From an uncultured Candidatus Binatia bacterium (GTDB lineage: Bacteria > Desulfobacterota > Binatia > Bin18), in the NCBI GenBank assembly GCA_965200965.1, contig OZ241744.1, positions 3,104,001 through 3,168,000 on the forward strand: a stretch of 64,000 nt of DNA. The letters are read 5' to 3'. The notes beneath the pieces were generated by a model. The model had not been told where the DNA came from. It did not search any database and worked only from the letters and a program-made list of their open reading frames with translations. A program made the translations under genes and the position numbers. Each line of letters begins with the position of its first letter. Position 1 is the stretch's first letter. Below, in pieces: positions 30,241 through 39,535 of this stretch.

Positions 30241-30293
30241 CATGGTGTTCAGCACGACTGAACAACGATATCTCAAGCAAATGTAGGGGATGT

Positions 30294-31796
30294 ATGCGCA
30301 TTCTTCAATCTCCCTGGTTGCCGGGAGCCGCTGTCCGGCAGAGTGGCCCGTCCTCTCTTTCTCTTGCGAAGCTCAAGATGAACCCCTGTGTCTTGATCGT
30401 CGTCCTGGGTGCGGGCTGGGTTTTACCGGGGATCGTGCCTCCGGCCCGGGCGGCGACACCGTCGGTCGCCGGGATTGCCCAGAAGTCGATGCCCGCGGTC
30501 GTCAATATCTCCACCAAGCGTAAACCCGAGCCCCGCGCTCAGCATCGGCGTCAATTCCCGCCTATGCCTGGCCCGTTCGGCCCGAACGACCCCTTTGAAG
30601 AGTTCTTTCGGCGGTTTGGCCCCAGAGAGCGCCCGCCCTCACGAGAGCAGCGCAGCGTAGGGTCCGGGTTCATTATCAGCCAGGACGGCTATATCGTCAC
30701 CAACAACCATGTCATTGACGGGGCAGACACCATCATCGTCCGCATGTCTGACGAAGAAGAGTACGAAGCCGCCCCGATTGGAACGGACGAAAAGACCGAC
30801 CTGGCGCTGATCAAGATTGAACCCAGACAGCCCCTCCCCAGCGTGCCGTTTGGCCAGTCGGCCAACCTGGAGGTCGGCAATTGGGTCATTGCCATCGGCA
30901 ACCCGTTTGGGCTGAGCCAGACCGTGACCATCGGGATTGTGAGCGCCAAGGGACGGGTCATCGGTGCCGGCCCCTACGACAATTTCATTCAGACCGATGC
31001 CTCCATCAACCCGGGCAATTCCGGCGGTCCGCTGCTCAACCTGCAAGGCGAGGTGATTGGGGTCAACACGGCCATCTACAGCCGGCGCGGCGGCAATATC
31101 GGCATCGGCTTTGCCATCCCGATTGATCTGGCCAAGTCGGTTGTGCAGCAACTCAGAGAAAAAGGTTCGGTCACCCGGGGCTGGCTGGGGGTGATGATCC
31201 AATCCGTCACCCCGGAGTTGGCCAAATCGTTTGACTTGGCAGACCCCAAGGGTGCCCTGGTGGCCGAGGTCACGCCCGACAGCCCGGCCCACAGAGCCGG
31301 CCTGGAGCGGGGCGACATCATTGTCGCCTTTAACCAGACCGAGATCGCCAACTCGCGCGATCTGCCCGCCCTGGTGGCCCAGACCCCGGTTGGCACACAG
31401 GCAACAATCGGTGTCTTGCGCGGAGGCAAAAGCCAGACCTTGGCCGTCACCCTGGGCGAACTCAAGGACGAGCGGCAAACCGAAATAACCAGCGGCAAAG
31501 CCAGCCCCGGCAACTGGGGCATGACGGTCACGGACCTCACGCCCGAGATCCGCCGCCGACTCCAACTCGAAGCCGCTCACAACGGCGTTGTTGTGTCCGA
31601 GGTCGATCCGGGGAGCGCGGCCAGTCGGGCCGGCATTCGGCGCGGGGACATCATCCAGGAAGTCAACCGCAGAGCGGTGGCATCGGTCCGCGATTTCATG
31701 ACAATCGTGTCCGAGATGCAGGACCAGGACCGTCTACTCCTCCTGATTCGTCGCAGCGACTTTACCTCATTCTTTGCCCTACGCCGGGAAGACTAG
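30294..31796 (+). CDS. degP: HtrA/DegP serine protease with two PDZ domains (start may be 30378)
   Basis: TNNHV, TDLA, GNSGG and RGWLGV motifs; two PDZ domains. Confidence 0.93.
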   Translation: MRILQSPWLPGAAVRQSGPSSLSLAKLKMNPCVLIVVLGAGWVLPGIVPPARAATPSVAGIAQKSMPAVVNISTKRKPEPRAQHRRQFPPMPGPFGPNDPFEEFFRRFGPRERPPSREQRSVGSGFIISQDGYIVTNNHVIDGADTIIVRMSDEEEYEAAPIGTDEKTDLALIKIEPRQPLPSVPFGQSANLEVGNWVIAIGNPFGLSQTVTIGIVSAKGRVIGAGPYDNFIQTDASINPGNSGGPLLNLQGEVIGVNTAIYSRRGGNIGIGFAIPIDLAKSVVQQLREKGSVTRGWLGVMIQSVTPELAKSFDLADPKGALVAEVTPDSPAHRAGLERGDIIVAFNQTEIANSRDLPALVAQTPVGTQATIGVLRGGKSQTLAVTLGELKDERQTEITSGKASPGNWGMTVTDLTPEIRRRLQLEAAHNGVVVSEVDPGSAASRAGIRRGDIIQEVNRRAVASVRDFMTIVSEMQDQDRLLLLIRRSDFTSFFALRRED

Positions 31797-31934
31797 ACAA
31801 GGCTCTCGTTTTACGGCTGGCCCCGGGCCGGGCATCCCGTCTGCCGCAAGACCGCGCGTCCAGCCCAGAGCATGTGCCGCTGGACTCAATAGTGAATGAG
31901 GCCATCATCTCAAAGGGCCTCCACTTTGGGGGAT

Positions 31935-34900
31935 ATGCTCCAGAGCCTCCCCTCACAACTGCTGCCAGTTACCGCCCTTGACCTGGAGACCAGCCGTCAG
32001 GGCTCCAGGTCTATTCGTCATCTGGGCGCGCTTACCAACGCCGGCCACAGCTTTGAACACAAAGGCGGCGGAGAAAAAGAGGTCGTGGCCGCACTGCTGA
32101 GGCTGGACTATGTGTGTCGCGCCTCCCGGTTCATCCTCGGTCATAACCTGCTCGGCCATGACTTTCCGGTTTTACGCAGCATCAGACCGGAGCTGGCGCT
32201 GCTCAACAAACCCGTTATCGACACCCTGTTTCTCTCCCCGCTGGCCTTTCCCCGCAACCCCTATCACCGTCTGGTAAAAGACTACAAACTGGTCCGGGAT
32301 TCGATCAACGACCCCGTCGCCGACGCCCGCCTCGCCCTGTCCGTCTTCACCGAACAATACCAGGCTTTCCTGGAGCAGCGGACACAGGAGCCGGGGCTCC
32401 TCCGCTTCTACCACTACTGTTTTGCAACGGCTGCCGATGACAACGACTACCGGGGGCTGGCCGAGGTATTTCGGTCCCTGATTGAGGAGCCATTCGGCTC
32501 CGATTGGCAGGCATTCCAGGCCCCGCTCGACATCTGTCAAGGGCTGGCGTGTCCACACCAGTTGAGAAAAGTCGTCCTCCACCATCCACCCGAACAGAGG
32601 GTCAGCCTGCCCTACTGTCTCGCATACCTGACCGTCTCCGGCGGCAATTCTGTACTGCCCCCGTGGGTCCGCCGCCATTTTCCGGCCATACCCACGCTGC
32701 TCAAACGGGTGCGCGAGGAGCACTGTGGCAACGATCGCTGTCCGTACTGCACCGACAATCACGATCCGGTCAAACACTTGCAGTGCTATTTCGGCTACCC
32801 CGACTTCCGCACCACCAGCGACGGCCAGCCGCTGCAACAAGACCTTGTCAGGGCCGGCATGGATGGCCAATCGCTGCTGGGCATTTTGCCCACCGGCGGC
32901 GGCAAGTCCCTCTGTTTTCAGATTCCGGCCCTGGTCCGCTACGAGCGGCGCGGGCTGCTGACCGTGATTATTTCGCCGCTGCAAGCCCTGATGAAAGATC
33001 AGGTGGGCAATCTCACAAAGAAAACCGGCTCCCCCGCGGTCGCCGCGCTCTCCGGGCTGCTGACCCCGCCAGAACGGGGGGCCGTACTTGAACGGGTCCG
33101 GCTGGGCGATACTGGTCTGCTGTATATTTCGCCGGAGCAGCTGCGGAACACATCGGTGACTCGCGTCCTTGCGCAGCGTGAAATTGGCTGCTGGGTTTTT
33201 GACGAAGCCCACTGCCTGTCAAAGTGGGGGCATGATTTCAGGCCCGATTACCTCTACTGCAGCCGCTTTATTCGTGAGCAGACCAGCAAAACCAACTCTC
33301 TCCCGCCGCCAATTGCCTGCTATACCGCTACCGCCAAAGCCGAGGTGATTGAGGATATCCGCGGTCACTTCCAGACCACACTCGGTCAGGAACTCATCCT
33401 CTTTCAGGCTGGCGTCGAGCGGTCCAACCTGTCCTACGAGGTCTATCCTGTCAGCCAAGTGGCCAAAGACATCAGGGTTGCAGAGCTGATTGAGGAGCGC
33501 CTTCCCGAAGAGGGAAGCTGCATCGTCTATTGCGCCACCCGAAGACACACAGAAGAACTGAGCGCCTTTCTGGGCCACAAGGGGCTAGCGACCGAGCATT
33601 TTCATGGCGGTCTGGAAGCTCCCACCAAAAAAGACATCCTGGAGCGGTTTGTTCAGGACAAGCTCCGTATCATCTGTGCCACCAACGCCTTTGGCATGGG
33701 CGTCGATAAAGAGAATGTCCGCCTGGTCGTTCACGCCGATGTGCCTGGCTCCCTGGAGAACTATCTCCAGGAGGCTGGCCGCGCCGGTCGGGATGAACAA
33801 CTGGCCGAATGCGTCTTGCTGTTCGACGAACAGGATATTGAAGCCCAGTTCAAACTTGGTGCCATATCAGAAGTCCGGCAACGGGACATCCAGCACCTCC
33901 TCCGGGGCATCCGTCGTCTGGAGAAGAAGAAACCCGGCCAGGCTGTCGTCCTCACCACCGGCGAACTGCTCCGTGCCGAGGCAGTCAACACCTCTTTTGA
34001 CCTTGACGATAGCTTCGCCGATACCAAAGTCAAAACCGCGGTTGCCTGGCTGGAACGGGGTGGTTTTCTGGAGCGCAACGAGAATGTCACCCAGGTCTTT
34101 CAGGGCAAGCCCCTGTTCAGCAACCTTGACGAAGCGACAAAAAAGCTGGACTGCCTGCACCTCTCTCCCCCTCAGCGTAAACGCTGGGATCTGATCCTGT
34201 CCGCCCTCATCAATGCCGACCCAGACGAAGACATCAGCGCTGATCGCCTGGCCGAGCAGATTGGCCCCCACCTCACAGACAAAGACCACTTGGCGACCAC
34301 CGACATTATGGCCATCCTCAACCAGATGGCGGATGTCGGACTTGTGTCCCACGGCTTGCTGATGACAGCCTTTCTGCGGCCCAAGGGGAGAAATAACGCC
34401 AGGGATGTCCATCAGAAATTGTGCCGTCTGGAACGCGCCATGCTGGCCGCGCTGCGGCAAGCCCACCCGGACGACCACGACCAGACCGCCTGCCCACTCG
34501 ATTTGCGGGCGCTGAACCAGAAGCTGTTGGATGACGGGCTGGAGTTCAGTACCCCCGCTCTGCTGCGCATCCTGCTGAGGAGTCTGTCCGAAGACGGTAG
34601 GGGGCTGGCCGGGGTACAGGGCAGCGTTGCAGTGCGCTACGCGTATCGAGATCACTACCGCCTGAGGCTGCATCGGACCTGGACCGCCATCGAAGCGATC
34701 ATGGAGAGACGCCAGGCACTTTCCCAACATATTCTGGACGCGCTCTATCACGAGATTCCTCCGTCCGAGCAGTCCTCCCAGGGAGAGGTGTTGGTGGAGT
34801 TCTCCCTGCAAGCCCTGCGCGAGGCCATCAAGCAGCACATGACCCTGGCCGTCCGTGCCGATAAGGAGCTGGCCGCCATTGAACGTGGCCTGCTGTTTCT

Positions 34901-37085
34901 ACACGAGCAGAGCGTCATTCTTCTCCAGCACGGCCTGGCAGTCTTCCGTCAGGCCATGACCCTCAAGGTGAATCCCGCGGCTCAGGGGCGGCGCTACAAC
35001 AGAGGAGACTACGACCCGCTCAGCCGCCACTACAAAGCCCGTGTCACCCAGGTGCATGTGATGAACGAATATGCCCATCTGGGGCTGGACAAGATGCGCT
35101 CCGCCCTGCGACTGGTGCGGGATTATTTTGAGCAGGACACCCCCAGCTTTCTCAACCGCTATTTCAGAGGCCGGCGGAAGCTGCTGGAACTGGCCACCAG
35201 TCAGCAGTCGCTCAGGGATATTGTTGAATCGCTCGGCAACCCCCACCAGCAGGCAATTGTGCAAGCCCCGGCAGATACCAACATGCTGGTGCTGGCCGGC
35301 CCGGGCTCGGGCAAAACCCGCGTGGTGGTGCATCGCTGCGCCTACCTGACCCGGGTCCAGCGCGTTCAGCCCTTCAGTATCCTGGTGCTGTGCTATAACC
35401 ACAGCGCTGCCGTTACCCTGCGGAAGCGACTCAAGCACCTGCTGGGCCGTGAAGCCCGAGAAATTATTGTGCAGACCTTCCACGGCCTGGCCCTGCGTCT
35501 GACCGGGGCCAGCCTGCACCCCAGCGTCCGAGAGAAGGGGTTTGACGACCTCATTCCCAAAGCCACGGCCCTGCTCCGGGGCGATATCCTGCCACCGGGC
35601 ATTGCCGCGGACCAGATACGCGAAAAGCTGCTGGCCGGCTTCCAATACATCCTGGTTGATGAATATCAGGACATTGACCAACACCAGTATGATATGATCT
35701 CCGCCATTGCCGGGCGGACCCTGAGTGAGGGCGAAGAAAAACTCAGTATTCTGGCGGTGGGCGATGATGACCAGAGCATCTATGGTTTTCGCCGGGCCAA
35801 CATTACCTACATTCGGCAGTTTGAGCGGGATTATCAGGCAGAGCGCCGCTATCTGGTGCAAAACTACCGCTCAAGCGGGCATATCATCAACGCGGCCAAC
35901 AGCCTGATCGCCCACAATCGGGACCGGATGAAGACCAAGCAGGAAATCGCTATCAATGACGCCCGCAAAGGGCAGTCGGCCGGAGGAGTGCTGGCGAGGC
36001 GTGATCCGGTCGGCAGGGGCAAGGTCCAGCTTCTTGTCTGCCGCACCATCATCGCCCAAACCCTGGCTGTGGTGCAGGAGCTCAAGCGACTGAGACGGCT
36101 GTGGCCTGAACTGCGGTGGACAGACTGCGCCATTCTTGCCCGCCACGGTATCGGCAAACCGGAGCTGGCCCATATGCGGTCGGCTCTGGAAAACGCGCAT
36201 ATCCCCATCAGCCTTCCTCTGGAAACCGGGCACTCCCTCCCCCTGCCCCGTATCAGAGAGTTTGACGCCCTGCTGTGTCATCTGGCCCGGCATCGAGAAG
36301 CCTTGATGAACGCCGAACGGCTGAGTGGCTGGATCGCCCAGTTGAACCTTGCTCCCGGCCCTTGGAGCGGCAAGTTGCGTGCCCTGGTGGAGAGTTGGGA
36401 AGCAGAAACCGACGGTGCTGAGCTGCCTGTCGGCGCTTTTTCTGCGTACCTGGTGGACGCTTTACGCGAGGCTGGCCGCGACCAGCGTCTCGGAGAAGGG
36501 GTTCACCTGGGCACGGTTCATAGCGCGAAGGGCATGGAGTTTCCGGTTGTGATTCTGCTTGACGGCGGCTGGCAGACGCACTACCAGAATGACCGGGAAG
36601 AAGAGCGTCGACTGTTTTATGTCGGCATGACCCGAGCCAGGGACTCCCTGGTCGTCTGTCAGCGGCAGGATGCCCAGAACCCGCACCTCGAGCTGCTGGC
36701 TGAAGAAGCCTGCTTGGAGCGGTCGGTCTCACCTCCGGGTCAGTATCCGCTCAAACACTATCAAGTGCTGGGCATGAGAGATCTCTACCTCAGTTATGCC
36801 GGACGGTTTGTGCCAGAGCACACAATTCATACCGTCCTGAGCCGGCTGAATGCGGGTGACCCGGTTGTGCTGCAATCTGACCGGCATGGCACAAAAATCT
36901 TCAGTCACGATCTCGCCATTGCCGCCCTGAGTAAAGAAGCGCATGGCCGGCATGGGCACAGGCACGGCGGCCGGGTGGTAGCGATGGTACGGCGTCGGCG
37001 TGACGATGGGGACGAAGCCTATCGAGACAGATATCGGTGTGAAGCCTGGGAAGTCCCCCTGGTGGAACTGGTCTGGAACGGGTGA
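31935..37085 (+). CDS. Fusion of DEDD-like exonuclease, RecQ helicase and UvrD helicase
   Basis: ALDLET, GHN and IDTL (exonuclease); PTGGGKS, DEAHC and QEAGRAGRD (RecQ); AGPGSGKT, VDEYQD, GDDDQSIY, NYRS, HSAKGMEF and YVGMTRA (UvrD). Confidence 0.9.
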   Translation: MLQSLPSQLLPVTALDLETSRQGSRSIRHLGALTNAGHSFEHKGGGEKEVVAALLRLDYVCRASRFILGHNLLGHDFPVLRSIRPELALLNKPVIDTLFLSPLAFPRNPYHRLVKDYKLVRDSINDPVADARLALSVFTEQYQAFLEQRTQEPGLLRFYHYCFATAADDNDYRGLAEVFRSLIEEPFGSDWQAFQAPLDICQGLACPHQLRKVVLHHPPEQRVSLPYCLAYLTVSGGNSVLPPWVRRHFPAIPTLLKRVREEHCGNDRCPYCTDNHDPVKHLQCYFGYPDFRTTSDGQPLQQDLVRAGMDGQSLLGILPTGGGKSLCFQIPALVRYERRGLLTVIISPLQALMKDQVGNLTKKTGSPAVAALSGLLTPPERGAVLERVRLGDTGLLYISPEQLRNTSVTRVLAQREIGCWVFDEAHCLSKWGHDFRPDYLYCSRFIREQTSKTNSLPPPIACYTATAKAEVIEDIRGHFQTTLGQELILFQAGVERSNLSYEVYPVSQVAKDIRVAELIEERLPEEGSCIVYCATRRHTEELSAFLGHKGLATEHFHGGLEAPTKKDILERFVQDKLRIICATNAFGMGVDKENVRLVVHADVPGSLENYLQEAGRAGRDEQLAECVLLFDEQDIEAQFKLGAISEVRQRDIQHLLRGIRRLEKKKPGQAVVLTTGELLRAEAVNTSFDLDDSFADTKVKTAVAWLERGGFLERNENVTQVFQGKPLFSNLDEATKKLDCLHLSPPQRKRWDLILSALINADPDEDISADRLAEQIGPHLTDKDHLATTDIMAILNQMADVGLVSHGLLMTAFLRPKGRNNARDVHQKLCRLERAMLAALRQAHPDDHDQTACPLDLRALNQKLLDDGLEFSTPALLRILLRSLSEDGRGLAGVQGSVAVRYAYRDHYRLRLHRTWTAIEAIMERRQALSQHILDALYHEIPPSEQSSQGEVLVEFSLQALREAIKQHMTLAVRADKELAAIERGLLFLHEQSVILLQHGLAVFRQAMTLKVNPAAQGRRYNRGDYDPLSRHYKARVTQVHVMNEYAHLGLDKMRSALRLVRDYFEQDTPSFLNRYFRGRRKLLELATSQQSLRDIVESLGNPHQQAIVQAPADTNMLVLAGPGSGKTRVVVHRCAYLTRVQRVQPFSILVLCYNHSAAVTLRKRLKHLLGREAREIIVQTFHGLALRLTGASLHPSVREKGFDDLIPKATALLRGDILPPGIAADQIREKLLAGFQYILVDEYQDIDQHQYDMISAIAGRTLSEGEEKLSILAVGDDDQSIYGFRRANITYIRQFERDYQAERRYLVQNYRSSGHIINAANSLIAHNRDRMKTKQEIAINDARKGQSAGGVLARRDPVGRGKVQLLVCRTIIAQTLAVVQELKRLRRLWPELRWTDCAILARHGIGKPELAHMRSALENAHIPISLPLETGHSLPLPRIREFDALLCHLARHREALMNAERLSGWIAQLNLAPGPWSGKLRALVESWEAETDGAELPVGAFSAYLVDALREAGRDQRLGEGVHLGTVHSAKGMEFPVVILLDGGWQTHYQNDREEERRLFYVGMTRARDSLVVCQRQDAQNPHLELLAEEACLERSVSPPGQYPLKHYQVLGMRDLYLSYAGRFVPEHTIHTVLSRLNAGDPVVLQSDRHGTKIFSHDLAIAALSKEAHGRHGHRHGGRVVAMVRRRRDDGDEAYRDRYRCEAWEVPLVELVWNG

Positions 37086-37127
37086 GTCGGCGATGGGCCG
37101 GCTGAGCCGTCGGGCGTAAGCTGACCT

Positions 37128-37157
37128 GTCGGATTACGCTTCGCTAATCCGACCTAC
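37128..37157 (-). repeat. GTAG-family REP palindrome between convergent genes
   Basis: Minus strand reads GTAG-GTCGGATTA-GCGAAGCG-TAATCCGAC, a perfect 9-bp stem with a GTAG foot. Confidence 0.75.
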
Positions 37158-37185
37158 CAGGAGAGAGGCCGGCCATGTGGGCGGG

Positions 37186-39504
37186 TCAGTTCGCCTCTTC
37201 CCGTTCTTCCTCCAGGGCTGCTTCTGCTGCTTCGGGAGGCGGCTCAAGAGGCAGGGTAATTCGCAGCTCGGTGAAGGTGCCCTCTTCGGTGTCGAGATGG
37301 ATGGAGCCGCCGTGGCGGGTGAGAATGTCGGCGGTCAGGGACAGGCCAAGCCCGGTGCCCTCGCCCGGCTTTTTGGTGGTGACAAAAGGCTCAAAGATCT
37401 GCTCACGCATCGCCTCTGGGATACCGATGCCGTTATCACGGATGCAGAACTCGGCCTGCTCTTTGAGGCGACGGCTGGAGATGCGTAACTCCGGCTCATA
37501 GCCGCCATTCGCCTGGTGGCGTTTTTCTTCAATCGCCTGGTAGGCGTTGGTGGCCAAGTTGAGGAACACCCGGCCGAGGTCCTGGGGAATGACCGAGAAT
37601 TTGCCCATGTCGGGGTCGAGGTCATCGGTCAGGGTCACATTGAAGTTGGTGTTGTGGGCCCGCATGGCGTGATAGGCGAGCTCGACATACTGCTTGAGCA
37701 GGGCGTTCACGTCAATCTCGCGCCACTGGCCCGGGGTAGCCCGGGAATGGTCAAGCATGCTGCGCACAATGCCGTCGGCGCGCTGGCCGTGCTCTTTGAC
37801 CTTCTGGAGGTTGAGCCGCAGGTCTGAGAGGATGGGGCTGATCTCTTCGGACAACTCAAGCGGCTCTTCTTTGGCTTCCTCCATCACTTCTTCAATCTCG
37901 TCAACGAGTTCAACCGAGACATCCGAGAAGTTGTTGACAAAGTTGAGCGGGTTCTTGAGTTCGTGGGCCACGCCGGCGGTGAGCTGGCCGAGTGAGGAGA
38001 GCTTTTTCTCGGCAACAATCTGTTCCTGGGCGCTCTTGAGGTTGTCCAGGGTTTGCTCCAGGGTCTGGTTTTTGGCGTTCAACTCTTCGGCCAGCTTCTC
38101 AACCAGGTTCAGCCGCTGGACCTCGAGGGCATGGCGGCGGAAGACTTCCAGGGCCTTGGCCATATCGGTCACTTCGTCACTGCCCTTGACCTCGACCGGC
38201 ACTTCGAGGTTGCCGCCGGCCATAGAGCGCATGGCCGTGGCCAGCCCGACGAGGCGGCGGACGAGGTGGCGGCCCACAAACAGCCAGCCGATGAGGAAGG
38301 CACCGGTGACGCTCGTGATGTTGAGCATGACCAGGAGTAGCAGCCCGGTCTGGGCCGCGGACCGTGAGGCGTTACTGACGTTGACGGCCTCGTCGCTGAT
38401 CCCTGTCACCAGCTTATTCACTTCGGCCAGGAGCAGGCTGGAAGCGGTGCGAGCTTTGGCCAGCGCTTCCTGCTCTCGTTCCAGCCGCAGCAGGCCTTCC
38501 TGGCGGAGGGGAATGATCCCGCCGCCGCCGGATTCTCCTGTTTGCGCGAGGCGTTCCAGGTCTCCGCCCAGCAGGCTGGCTGGCATTGAGATACGGGACG
38601 ACAGCCCAACATAGGCGCGCTGGAAGTTCTGGACGGCGCTGCGGAAACGTTCCCGCAAGGGCAGCAGAAGCCCCCGGTCGGACAGGACAAAGGCTTCGTC
38701 AAGCAGCAGCACGGCCAAGTTGGCCTGGTGGTTCACCTCGGTCAGGTCCCGATAGTAGGCCAGTTCGGTCCCGGAGGCCCGCTCGGCCACCGGGTCGGGC
38801 TGGTCGTCGTTCAGGCTGCGCAGACCCTCCACCAGGTAAAAGCCCTGGTCGTCAATAGCGTTTACGATATGGCGTTCAATGCGCCGGCTGGTCTCGGCCA
38901 GCTCTCCCCTGAGACGCTCCAGGATATCGGCGATGACGAGCCGGCGGGCCGACGATTCCCGGATCTCTTCCATGTAGCCGCCGAGTTCGTTGAGATGCGC
39001 TTTGATCAACTGGGTCCGCTCGCCAAAGGCGGAGCGGGATTCAAGCTCGTTGATGAGCGTGCTGAGGGCGCTCCGCTCGTCCGCAACCGTTTTGGCCACG
39101 GCCTCATGCTGCTCGGGTGAAGAGGCGGAGATGAGACGCAGTGCGCCATTGACCACCGCGGCGCTCTGGCGGGCCGTATCTATCGCACTGCTCAGGTTGG
39201 GGATGCTGTACTCGGCAAGTCGGGCTTCGTAGTAGAGGATCTGGCGAAAGGAAAAATAGGCCACCAGGCTGGCGAGCAGGGTGAGGGCGACACCGCCGGC
39301 CAGGCCGAGGTAGAGTTGCTGACCGATCCCGAGCCAGCGCTTCTTGTCTGGCGCTGAGCTCCCCGCCGGCATGACCGGTGGTACCGCCAGGGCGTCGCCG
39401 GCACTGGCGGTGGGGGGGTCGCTCTTGCTCGTTGCGGCACCGTTCTGCACACCGGCTGGAAGCGGGCCGTTGGGATTGGCGGTAGGGCGGTCGGTAGTAC
39501 TCAT
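37186..39504 (-). CDS. Membrane sensor histidine kinase (large helical periplasmic domain, HAMP, HisKA, HATPase)
   Basis: Two TM helices, HAMP DEVTDM, and AHELKNPL, NLATNA, DNGIG and GTGLGL boxes. Confidence 0.92.
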   Translation of the reverse strand: MSTTDRPTANPNGPLPAGVQNGAATSKSDPPTASAGDALAVPPVMPAGSSAPDKKRWLGIGQQLYLGLAGGVALTLLASLVAYFSFRQILYYEARLAEYSIPNLSSAIDTARQSAAVVNGALRLISASSPEQHEAVAKTVADERSALSTLINELESRSAFGERTQLIKAHLNELGGYMEEIRESSARRLVIADILERLRGELAETSRRIERHIVNAIDDQGFYLVEGLRSLNDDQPDPVAERASGTELAYYRDLTEVNHQANLAVLLLDEAFVLSDRGLLLPLRERFRSAVQNFQRAYVGLSSRISMPASLLGGDLERLAQTGESGGGGIIPLRQEGLLRLEREQEALAKARTASSLLLAEVNKLVTGISDEAVNVSNASRSAAQTGLLLLVMLNITSVTGAFLIGWLFVGRHLVRRLVGLATAMRSMAGGNLEVPVEVKGSDEVTDMAKALEVFRRHALEVQRLNLVEKLAEELNAKNQTLEQTLDNLKSAQEQIVAEKKLSSLGQLTAGVAHELKNPLNFVNNFSDVSVELVDEIEEVMEEAKEEPLELSEEISPILSDLRLNLQKVKEHGQRADGIVRSMLDHSRATPGQWREIDVNALLKQYVELAYHAMRAHNTNFNVTLTDDLDPDMGKFSVIPQDLGRVFLNLATNAYQAIEEKRHQANGGYEPELRISSRRLKEQAEFCIRDNGIGIPEAMREQIFEPFVTTKKPGEGTGLGLSLTADILTRHGGSIHLDTEEGTFTELRITLPLEPPPEAAEAALEEEREEAN

Positions 39505-39535
39505 TGCGGCACCATTCTGCGCATCGGCTGAAATG
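39395..39535. repeat. Imperfect 72-bp tandem duplication spanning the SBP/HK junction
   Basis: ttgcggcaccgttctgcacaccggctg at 39432 versus ttgcggcaccattctgcgcatcggctg at 39504. Confidence 0.75.

Noticed and set aside
32172-36732. Long antisense ORFs (e.g. 32172-33212, 33867-34838; also 44146-45042 and 60839-62074 elsewhere)
   Set aside because: Shadow ORFs opposite well-supported genes, expected at high GC, with no recognisable motifs.
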